A DNA stretch of 63,952 nucleotides, the filler included, from Perkinsus olseni (taxonomy: Eukaryota): assembly GCA_013115125.1 (NCBI GenBank). It is 5 parts of 5 records of this genome, joined end to end, with 100 filler letters (N's around TTAATTAATTAA, not from the genome) between each part and the next. Parts side by side here need not be neighbours in the genome. Positions count along the whole stretch, not along the records: positions 41,045 to 54,462 come from JABANN010000758.1; positions 54,563 to 63,952 come from JABANN010000917.1; 3 more parts are not named here. One strand, 5' to 3'. Numbering within the stretch: position 1 is the stretch's first letter; each line of letters opens with the position of its first letter. A model generated the notes under the pieces. That model made no database searches and was not told the origin of the DNA. It worked only from the letters and a program-made list of their open reading frames with translations. Both the position numbers and the translations under genes were made by a program. Positions 53,800 through 63,952 of the stretch are shown piece by piece.

Positions 53800-55609
53800 G
53801 GGAGAGGAAGGCACCTGTGCGTGAACTGTTCGTGATGCAGAAGCGAAGATCGCGGGTGTTGGCTTATGGAGGTCTAAGACATCTTACTCAGCCACAAGGC
53901 CTATAGTCGGCTGATTCACTATAACTCAGTACAGTGTGGCTCCTCTAAACGGGGCTCAAAGAAAGCTACAGTCGGACTCGAGGGGACTTCAACGATGATC
54001 AGGATCTGTGACGTAATCTAGAAGTTCTAGACCACCACGCTGTTGAGCAATGAGTGCTTGATGTGACCCTTATAGTTAACGCAAGCCATCGTACATAGTC
54101 GTAGGTCTCAGTAGTTCTTCACAGTAAGAGTTCCAAAGACGTCTGAATCATATTGAGCTAACATTGAGACTGTTCTTGTTCTCTGCTAACAACTCAAGTC
54201 TTCGTAAGATGGTGTAAGGTAGGCTAGGCTAGTGATATCGGTGACGACTGATGACGGGTTCACAGCAGAGTGAACAAGAAAGGGATCAACAAAGCATCTT
54301 GTGAGCTCGGCGAGGCCTCGCTCGTTAGCTATGACACGGCGGAGCGAAGTAAAGCACGTTTCACAACTTTCCCACTTCCATCTCGGAGATGGGGCAAATT
54401 CATTTTCTCAAGGTTTTTGGGAAATTCTCAAGGTTGTAATCTCGCTCGCCCGGCGTGCTGGTNNNNNNNNNNNNNNNNNNNNNNNNNNNNNNNNNNNNNN
54501 NNNNNNTTAATTAATTAANNNNNNNNNNNNNNNNNNNNNNNNNNNNNNNNNNNNNNNNNNNNACTAATTACAGTGTGATACAGCCTGTGCATTCATGTTT
54601 GGCAGAGTGAAGTGATGAACCTCCCAGTTTAGTTTTTCCAGTGTCTCCTTAAATGCCTGACGAATAGAGATGCCGCATACGGGCTCAAATCTCGGCTGCC
54701 TTTCTCGTCATCGGCATACCCCCGCAGTATCCCCAATCCGCGCCATTTAAGCGATAGGTAAGCGACATTAAGCGTGTTGCGATAGGGTAAGCGATAGGCG
54801 CCAATATCAACTGCGCCGCGCAGTTGATATTATATCAATGATATATGCTCGGATCTCCCATGACCGAACGATGAATACTTGCAGACTGGAGAAAGTATGA
54901 GACTGTGAGGAGTAGGACTCAATTGTGAAATTCCGAATCGTGTCATATTTGACTGTATCTTCCTGCGAGGCCTGGAATCTGACAAGCGGAGTCAGAATGA
55001 AATTTGTTATGGCCACCAACAACCTAATCGTCCAGCATGACCAACTCCACACGCAGTTGCAGAAGATTTTGTTGAAGAAAGCCTTCCATGTAGCTCGGAT
55101 GGAGTGCGGCTCTCGAGGCTGACACTAGACGTGCTGATACTGAAAATGCCGTTTAGAAATCACGGCCAGGTCGAGGCAGCGGACTATGTACGATGGCGAA
55201 TCGCCAAACGTCTCTGAGAAAGAGTGTCACCAACTCCTCAGGGGAGCGGTCTACGCCTCAGACTCTGAGCCCGATCCAACGACGCCTCGAGTATGTATTA
55301 TGTGATGCCATACAAAACGGATCCGTGAAGAAGACGGATTTCACTGGCAATTTACAGAAAGAAATAAACGGTGCGTGCAGTTTCGCTACTGATAACGCGT
55401 TCTGATGCACAACGGCCATGACTCGGCTCGAGTGAAACGCCTGAGCCCAAGGCACAGTATCAAGTGCTGGCCCCAGGGGAGAACACACCATGAAAAGTGG
55501 CAGAAGACATGAAAATGACACGGCAATAGACGAATGTCGCCCAATGGCCATGTAGCAGGCTCCAAGCAGGACCGAATGGGCCCTATAGCCTCGCTCAGTA
55601 GGAAGGACT

Positions 55610-56430
55610 TCATCTTCTCACCTTAGCGACGCCGATTTTTGCACCAACGTAGTCAACAGAATAATAGTTGCCGACGAATGCGGGTAAACCAATGATCCAG
55701 TCTCCCAGGAAACCGATACCAACATTACATGCCGTCGGTAGGATCTCGACGACGTAAGCAGCAGGAGGTACCGCAATCGTAACATCATATTTACCCACTA
55801 GCCCTTGCATGGTGAATCTCATCGTCGGCAAGTGGTCCTTGTCATCACAATCTACGATGTAGATATTCCCGACTATCACAATATCTACTTCAGTTGTCCC
55901 GGTGGTCTTCAGTAGACTCGTGACTCCTGCTCGTAGCCTCTCAGGGAAATTTATGACAGAAGTCCCCGTGTCAAATATAACTGGCTGAACCTCTCGATGC
56001 ACCTTGCCCCCAATGTTGAATGACCGCAGAGTATTTCTTTGCCGGCCTTTGCCGGCCTTTGTCGGTCTTTGTGGGTGATTCCGAAGTACTCCAGATGACC
56101 CACATACTTGCTCGGATCATCCCCTCCAATTATGAGCTCACCTTTAGGGGCTCCTCCAGACGATAAGTACAGCGAGAAGACTCCGCTGTCGATCAGATGC
56201 TGGGATCGTAGCTGATCGACAAAGCGCTTATAGGGTGGTTCGATGCTTTGCGGCCCGAGGCCAATAGCCGCCCACGGCCCGTCTGAAGCCCCAGTGACCA
56301 AGGCGAGCTTTATGGCTTTGGCAGTTGCGCCGTCGAAATAGAAGTCTCCAAAATGTGGGAATACGGTCAACGTAGACCCATCAACATAATGGATACTCGT
56401 GGTGGTAGGACCCTTACTACAGGTGACTAC
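55610..56430 (-). pseudogene. Pepsin-like (A1) aspartic protease, 5'-truncated and frameshifted
   Basis: YVDGS, GELIIGG, IFDTGTS, WIIGLP present. Frameshift near the duplicated GCCGGCCTTT (~56040-56060). First DTG lobe and signal peptide absent. Confidence 0.8.
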
Positions 56431-57901
56431 CTTACCTTACTACGTTACGACAGTCACTGTACTACAGTGTACTCGGCAGCCTCCTGGCAGAAAGGGGGGC
56501 TTGTCATGGTGATGACAATGCCAGAGCGAGTCACCATTTCAAGATCGCTGTGAACATCTTGGCCAGTACTACTGGGCCAGTAGGGCCACATCAATGTCGA
56601 CGTCACAGGGCTCCCCTCCAAGCTCAGCCACTCGTTGGACTAGCGCCGCCCCCGCACAGCGAGACGCGCAACTGTCGATCATTTGGCTTGATAAGGCGTT
56701 TCTGTGCCTAGAGAATTCACACTCTGTCCAGAGGGTGCACTCCGTGAACATGGCAGAAATGCGTTAATATTAGGCTAGTACTAGTAGCAGGTCAACAGTT
56801 CAACCTTGGTCTCGGAATATTGCAGTGGAGTCTCTTTCTTTCGACCATCCACCTTGGTCTCCTCCAACCCAATGCTACTCGAAGAGTAAATTGCATCGTA
56901 ACTGTGTTTAGCTGCATCGGTGGCAGCTTGAACCCGCCGGTTTACCGTAGATCATGGAGGAACGTCTTGAGTAGAAAGACCGCAGCCCGGCCCCAAAGCA
57001 ATGCAGTTGGCAAGGGAAGTCGCGAGGGAAAAGCGACTGATGCTTTCACAGTGGAAGTTCCACTAACACCCGGCCCGCTTGATGAGGTACGCTAGGAATT
57101 CGGCTGATTTCCTGATTCAGGATTCCTGAATACTGTCTCGGTGGAACCGAGGTCTTCCTGGCCAGAGAAGGCCGTTACCGAGATTACTCATTTGCTGGTA
57201 CCACAGGTGTTGGCCCACAGCCATGTCAAGAAGACATGTATTTGCCAGAATGTTGTAGAAGTAGTGAGTCCTGCACATGACCGCCCTGTCGTCGCCTCGA
57301 CCATCAACCTAACCGCCCATTCATTATGAGCGTGATCAGTCTCAACCCGATAACAGCACGGGAGCTGAAAATAAACCGCCCGGGACTAAACTCAGTGGCA
57401 TGAGGATCTCAGGAAAAAGGCGAACTTGACTATGTGTAAGTGGGGACGAGTAGAACTCCGATGATCGTACTATTTGAATGAATACAGGCAAGGTTGAGCG
57501 AATATACCGGACAGAAAATCAGGAGCTTTTCGACAGACTGGTAAACGGCCATCGCCCGGCCAGGGCAAAACACGCGTGCGCCACAGCAGCGCCCGCACAC
57601 ACGGAGTGTTGCAGAAAACAGACTCATATTGGTCATCGTCGCACAGCCTATGCCCACGAACGATCATCTACAACGAATAGCTGATCATTCGTGAGCTGTG
57701 ACAGCGGGCTCGATGCACGAAGGTATGTGAAGAGATGATATCGATAGGAGCAGAGTTTGCCACCGCCCCAAGGGAAACGTGTTTACCAGTAGGAGGAGCG
57801 CGCCAGGCTCCTAGTAGCAGATCTCGAAACATGACGGGAGAAAAGATGAATGATATTTCGGAGGTGACCTTGTTGTTATCGACCCTCACTCGAGCCTTCA
57901 A

Positions 57902-58911
57902 TTATTCCTTCACCTTGGCGACACCTATGCGAGCTCCAGCCCAATCGAAGGAGTAGTAGTGACCGACAAATGCTGGTAACCCAAGAATCCACCCTTCATC
58001 GAAATGAATGTGTATGATACATGCCTCAGGCTCGGGTGATACGAGGTATGCTTCGGGAGATATCGCAATCGTAACATCAGTTTCGATTCCTTGCAAAATG
58101 AAACTAATCGTCGGCAAGTAGTCGACATCTTTGCAGTCGACGCTGTAGACTTCACCTTCTTTAGTAACCTCCACCTTCTTCGTGCCGGCGGTGCTGAGAA
58201 GGTCTAAGACTTGCGAACGAAGCCGCTCAGGGAAGCTTATAAAAGAGGAGCCTGTGTCGAAGACAACTGGCTGAAGCTCCTCTTGCCACTCATTTCCGAA
58301 GCCGAATATTCGTAGTTTGCTGGTGTGATGCTGTTTGTCTATAATATCAATGTACCTCAGAGGATCGCCATGTTTACTAGGATCGTCACCACCAATGATA
58401 AGCTCCCCTGATGGGGAGCTCCCAGACGGTAAATAGACCGCAAGAACAGGACTGTCGATGCGTAACTCATCATGAGTTCCGCATCGACTAGCTGATCAAC
58501 AAAGCGCGGGAACGGCGGGCTGGTGGCCTGTGGCCCGAGGCCGAGAGCTGCCCAGGGGCCGTCTGAGGCATCCATCACCACCCCGAAGACAATGTCCTCG
58601 ACAGTCACACCGTAGAAGTAGAAGTCGGCAATCGGCGATGGGTTGCAGCCGTAGCACTTGTAGAAGAGCTCGTCGCACCGTCTCTCGGGCGAACTTTCGT
58701 ACCATTTTTTCCATATCAACTGAGTGTACGGACTTCCAGTATCAATGACGGCGTAGAGATCTTGAGTGTCGACCTTCAAAGGAGTTACGATGCGTCTCCA
58801 AGGCGCCCAGGGTTTAGTTTGCTGTGTGAATATCTTCATCCTGATCACCTCACCACCACAGGAGGTCACGAGGAACACTGCGATACAGACGAGGGAGGCA
58901 GGGAGGTTCAT
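57902..58911 (-). pseudogene. Pepsin-like (A1) aspartic protease with frameshift and flap-region deletion
   Basis: Signal peptide, VIDTGSP, VFDTGSS, WILGLP. Frameshift at ~58460. The YVDGS flap segment seen in the paralog is missing. Confidence 0.8.
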
Positions 58912-60562
58912 GACTGTTTAAAAGAAGGTCACCGCTGCAAAACTGGCACCAAGTCGACCGAATGAAACCCAAGGCACTGGGGAAACTCTCAACACCATAC
59001 CAAACGGGTTGGTCCAACCCTCGTGAGCGGTTCCACCGCTAGGGTTGGCAGTGCCAACCCCAGTGCCAACTCGGCACTGTCAGATCCTTGTGAACCACAA
59101 GTTGTGATTCAGCATTAACACCGGCGGACTTCCCAGCAACACGAGGAGGCACAGGATGACGCATAAATTGATAAGACAATGAGAATCATGATCTCATGAT
59201 TGGGCAATGGACCGCAGCGTAAAGCACGCATGCGCATAGCGTTCCTCTCGGATTGTTTCTTTTACGGGGACACCTGTCGGACAGGTCCTGTCCGGTGCGG
59301 AGAGATGCAATGATATGTTGTGCGTAAAAGGGAAACCTCGTGTGACAGAGTCGTGTCCCAGTTGGGCTTCTCACGCTAGCACGCTAACCATAGAGTACAG
59401 TACGCGCCAATCTAAAGAGACAGTTTCGTGTCACCGGCACAACTTTTCCTCTGGCGGCGCTAGGCTAGTCTAGCTCTAAGACCTAATATGGACCTGAGTT
59501 CGGGTATTTCAGCTATGAGCTCTCCAAAAATTGTTATATCGTTTAAACGTGTCACGGATTTGTATCTTCTCTATTTGATCGCGAACTGGCCTAATTAGTA
59601 ATTAGTGATGAACCGTCTGACTTCAAGGAAATCAGCGGAAATATATTCTTGCAATCAGCAGCCGCAGCGCCCTCCCCCCTGTACGGTGACCGTAGAATCG
59701 TAGTGATGGACCAAACCCAAGTCGTTCTCAATCTACTTCCGCAGGAGGGTTATCCATTTAGCCGTAAGTCCCTGCGTTCCCTCAGTGAGTCACTGCTGCC
59801 ATTACTGTGTACGTTCTATGTGCACTGATCGTCAGCGGCGAGTCACCGGGCGGTGCCTCATATCGCGCGATAGACAGGCTTCTCCGCCTCAACCGTCAAT
59901 CGAACGACTGGGTATATACATTCGCAGCCCTCAGACTCTGGAGTTCAGAGCTAGTTACTCCTCATTCGAGAAGCGCGAACTATGACTGCTCCTTCAATAC
60001 AGTTGTTGTGGCTCCCGCCGGACTGGAGGCAGGGGAAATCCAACTCGGATTATCCAAGGACCGACCTCCACTGCAATTTTCTTTGAAGGACCTTCGGAGA
60101 AAGACTCCGCTTCCTGGTCGCCAGGATAATTGGGCCTACAGCGCGCGCAATCTAAGGAGGAGTTTTCGTGTCACCGGCACAACTTTGTGCCTTTGTGAGT
60201 TCTAGAGCTCATACGAACCTAAAATTCCGTCTATAGCCTCTCCTAACACTGTTATATCTTTTAAATATGTCACCACTCAAATTCTCGACAAAAAAAAATT
60301 CCTTAACTTGCCCCCCATGGCGTTATCCATTAACCGTCGAAAGGGACAGAGAACACGACTGGATCCGCCGACTTAGGAGCAAACTAGCTTCCTTGACACA
60401 GGCCCTGTCACCACGAGTGGTCAGCCGCCATCGCTAGCGAAATTTTGTGTTTCCGACAAGAAGAACTCCCATGGGAGTAGAAGATACCTCAGCAGTCAGT
60501 CAAGAGTTTGCGCAGTCTCACTCCTGAGGCTCAGGGCCTGAGCTCAACCAGCTCATTACGTG

Positions 60563-61506
60563 CTGGGTAGGTATGCGGATCCTGATCCACGGCTGATCCT
60601 GAGAAAAAAAATCAGACGGATGGATCAGGTCTTGATTCTTTCCACTATTTTCCTAAGTTTTGTCTCGAGTACCGTTTACCACGATCAAGTGGGTGATCCA
60701 CGTATCCGAATCACTATCCGTGGATCAGATCGCACGTGGATCTCATATTTGAGGATCAGAATACTTGTTTATGACTCAGCTGAGGGAGTTGACGGATCAG
60801 GTCCCGCGGATCGGAGCACGTAGGCCTTAGAATTGGGCACGGTTAGGTAAAATGCGAGTGTGGCTCTCTTGGCTCATTCGTCGCGTTTCGAACGGGGTCC
60901 GGCTAAACAGCCCGGCAGGTTAGGTCGTCGGACTGACAAGCAAACATTCCGGGTTCTATCCTCAGCGTTGACAATTTAAATTACTGATCTAAGACCCAGG
61001 GAGATCAAGGATCAGATCAACTTGAGGGTACCGCTAAGGAATGGCGCCGTAACAGGATCGGGCCTCTGTAACACGGTAAAACAGAGTGATTCTGTGCGTG
61101 ATACGATTTTCGGATCATGCATTCGTGCCTTTGAATGATTCGTTAACCTACGTTGATCCACTGAGCTAGTGGATCATGGATCACCGAAATTTCTCAACGA
61201 GGCCGAGAATTTCTCAGATCCGCGATCCACGGATCACGGATCACGAATTTGTCTCACGGATCAAGGATCAGAATCAAAAATGTGGATCACGCGCGATCTG
61301 GATCACGAATCGCGTATCAGGATCGTGGATCAAGATTCTGGCTCATGAATCAAGGTTCAAGATCAAGAATCACGGATCAGAATCGTCATTGCGGGATCTG
61401 GATCGGGCTTTTCGGATCTCGGTATGATCTGGTTCACGGAGCCGGATAAATGGTGCCCCCGGATCATCGTCCAGATCCGTGGATCAGGATCCGCATACCT
61501 ACCCTG
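60563..61506. mobile_element. Non-autonomous TIR DNA element (hAT-like ends) with GATC-rich subterminal arrays
   Basis: 28-bp perfect TIR GGGTAGGTATGCGGATCCTGATCCACGG at 60565-60592, with its reverse complement at 61477-61504. No transposase ORF. Confidence 0.75.
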
Positions 61507-61597
61507 GTTGCGGGCTCGCGGTCAGTATGACTCATACTATGGTGTGCGCGTATCCTGATCCACGGCTGATCTTCAGAAAAAAACCTGACGTCTCGAT

Positions 61598-62160
61598 CAG
61601 GGTAGGTATGCGGATCCTGATTCACGGATCTGCGCGATGATCCGGGAGCACTATTGATCCGGCTCCGTGAACCAGATCACACCAAGATCCGAAAAGTCTG
61701 ATCCAGATACCGCGATAACGATCATGATCCGTGATTCCTGATCCTGAACCTTGATGCATGAGCCGGAATCTTGATCCACGATCCTGATACGCGATTCGTG
61801 ATCCAGATGACGCCTGATCCAGATTCTTGATTCCGATCTTTGATCCGTGTACGGATACTAACCGACAATATAACTGAAAGAGGACTATAGCAAAGACCCA
61901 TTGACACGCGAACCCAACTCAGTGGCTCAGTGGATCAAGGTAGGTGATCCGGATCATCCCAAGGTACGACGCCATGATCCGACAATCGTCTCACCCACAG
62001 AATCACTCTCTTGTAACATGTTAAAGAGGCCCGATCCTGTTGCGGCGGCACTCCTTAGCGGTACCCTCAAGTTGATCTGATCCTTGATCCCCCTGGGTCC
62101 TTGGACAATAATTCAAATTGCCCACGGTGAGAATGGAACCTGTATCGCCTGATTGTCGAA
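61598..62160. mobile_element. Second, inverted partial copy of the same TIR element
   Basis: Begins CAGGGTAGGTATGCGGATCCTGAT and mirrors ~60960-61506 (e.g. CTTAGCGGTACCCTCAAGTTGATCTGATCCTTGATC). Confidence 0.75.
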
Positions 62161-63952
62161 CATATCAATGAATCCAGCTTCCCAAAGGAGCGATCTCGGC
62201 CTGGGGCCTACAACGTGGCGTCGTCATCATTCTCAGCCATAACGTGAGACTTAAAACGGTCTTTTACCAGGAGGGGTATTAAAGATAGATGTGGGAGAGG
62301 CAAAAGGAAGCAGAGTTTTGGCTCCAAGGGAACCGTGAGTGCCGGAAGCAGCGGCACGCCAAACGCTGAGGGGTAAAGGGTGTGGGAAAGTAGATATCAA
62401 ACGCATGAGAAGACGCGTGCGCCCGAGTCAGGCGATATCAGGGAGAAGCTCTCCGACTGATGTTTCGTGTACGGAAAAGCCCCATTCGCTTTTCCTCCGA
62501 TTCATAGTAGGCTAGCACTGCTAGCTGCTCAATGACTCGACGCTCTCCGAATATTGCAGTGGGGCTTCTTACTTTCGACCACCCATCTGGGTGACCAAGA
62601 CTTGGTCTACTCGAACTATCTGTTGATCCAGATTGTGAAAGTAAGTAGTTCTCCGATGAATGGAGTCCTGCGCACGACGACCATGTCCTCGTCTCGAACA
62701 TCAAGTTGATGTCATCAACCTGACTGTTTATGTGTAATGGGCGCAGGGTAGCGGAAATGGGGAACTCTAGCCTTCCCTCCTAGGGCGAAGTTCCCCGGCA
62801 TTCCCGGGAAATTCCCGGGAATGCCCGTAAAAATACAGTAAAAACGCCTCTGCAGGCAATCGAATCTGCTCTATTCGAGGAGCGGATTTTGAGCCACTAG
62901 GGGGGGCCACCCCTAGAAGTTTTAGGCGGGCAAGTGCTCGTGAACTTCACGAGCCTCCTCGGTTACCGGCGGCTTCCCTGTAGGACGCAAAACCATCTCA
63001 CTTTTCTGGCCAGGCAGATGCACTATTCGACTCGCTCACACCACATGTGTTCACCGTATGCATGTGGTGACCGGGTTCCGGTCAAAATGGAAGGTAATAC
63101 TCTTACTGAACCATCCAGATTGGTACAGCCAGTCAAGCATGGTCGGAGCCAGTCTACTTTTTCAGCGATGTTTGGCCCGACTCAGAGATCGAAGACGAGA
63201 GGGAGGGGTTGACGACGAACGGGAAGATGAAATTGACGATCAAAAATGAGAAACTGGCGAATGAATAATTCATCGATCCCCGACTTCGTGGACATATGAG
63301 AGCTTCAAGTTGAAGAATCGACTATCACTGTGTCACAGTGACTGTGATACTCCTGTGGAAATGTGTCGAATCAGAAAGCCTCAAAAACAACTAAGATTAC
63401 TAAATCTTCTAATCGATTAGGACGCGCATACTTCATGGGAATTCCCACGTCCGGGGGAAACCCGGTAAGGAGCGCCGCACCATTCCCGTTCCGGAAATTC
63501 ATCAGTCTCACCGCGATAACGATCCGGGAGCTCGAAAGCAAACGCCTAATTATGAGGCCCTCATACATCGTAGGAGGCTGTGGAGCCTCTCGTGTTTCTG
63601 CATAGTCCGATGACGGCAGCGTCGGCTCAGTAATGGACGCTCATCGTGGTGGTGGGGCCCCCACCGTGGGGGTACTCGCCCGGGACTGAAGGTCAGTAAC
63701 TTAACTCAGTGCCATCAAGGTGTCGAGAAAAGTGCTGTCTGGGCTTGATCTCGTGACATTGAAGTGTAAATCGGGACACAGCTGATGATCGAGTCATTCT
63801 AGCGAGTAGTACAACGAAGAGAAAATAGGGACTTCTTCGATACACCCCTTCCCGAGAATTGACTAGTGAAACGGCCATTGCCGGGTGACCAATTATTTTT
63901 AACACCATCATTCTTAACACATGGAGAATTTCATCACAAGGGTGGTTAGTGC

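Overview
This is a eukaryotic, intron-rich (short GT-AG introns, ~50% GC) protist window. Gene content and style suggest a Perkinsus-like alveolate (inference, no search run). It is a concatenation of contigs: four N-gaps carry the artificial six-frame-stop linker TTAATTAATTAA, so adjacency across gaps is not guaranteed. Recognisable genes are a multi-exon membrane protein, a Nodulin-like MFS transporter, a MORN-repeat RSPH10B-like protein, SUMO, coatomer alpha, the 3' end of ETF-beta, a signal-peptide 2OG-Fe(II) oxygenase-like gene, a LicD-family transferase, a secreted Cys-rich-domain/Cu-Zn SOD fusion with a disabled duplicate, and two disrupted pepsin-like proteases. Highlights: (1) two intronless fusion genes 98 bp apart (TenA-ThiD, ThiE-ThiM) encode a complete thiamine-salvage pathway; (2) an intact tRNA-Gly(CCC) lies inside a spliceosomal intron, and tRNA-like relics occur in introns of other genes; (3) a secreted Cu/Zn SOD fusion; (4) recurrent palindromes centred on a single nucleotide; (5) a Helitron-like Rep relic and a GATC-rich TIR element. 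Exon boundaries were read by eye and are approximate unless stated.
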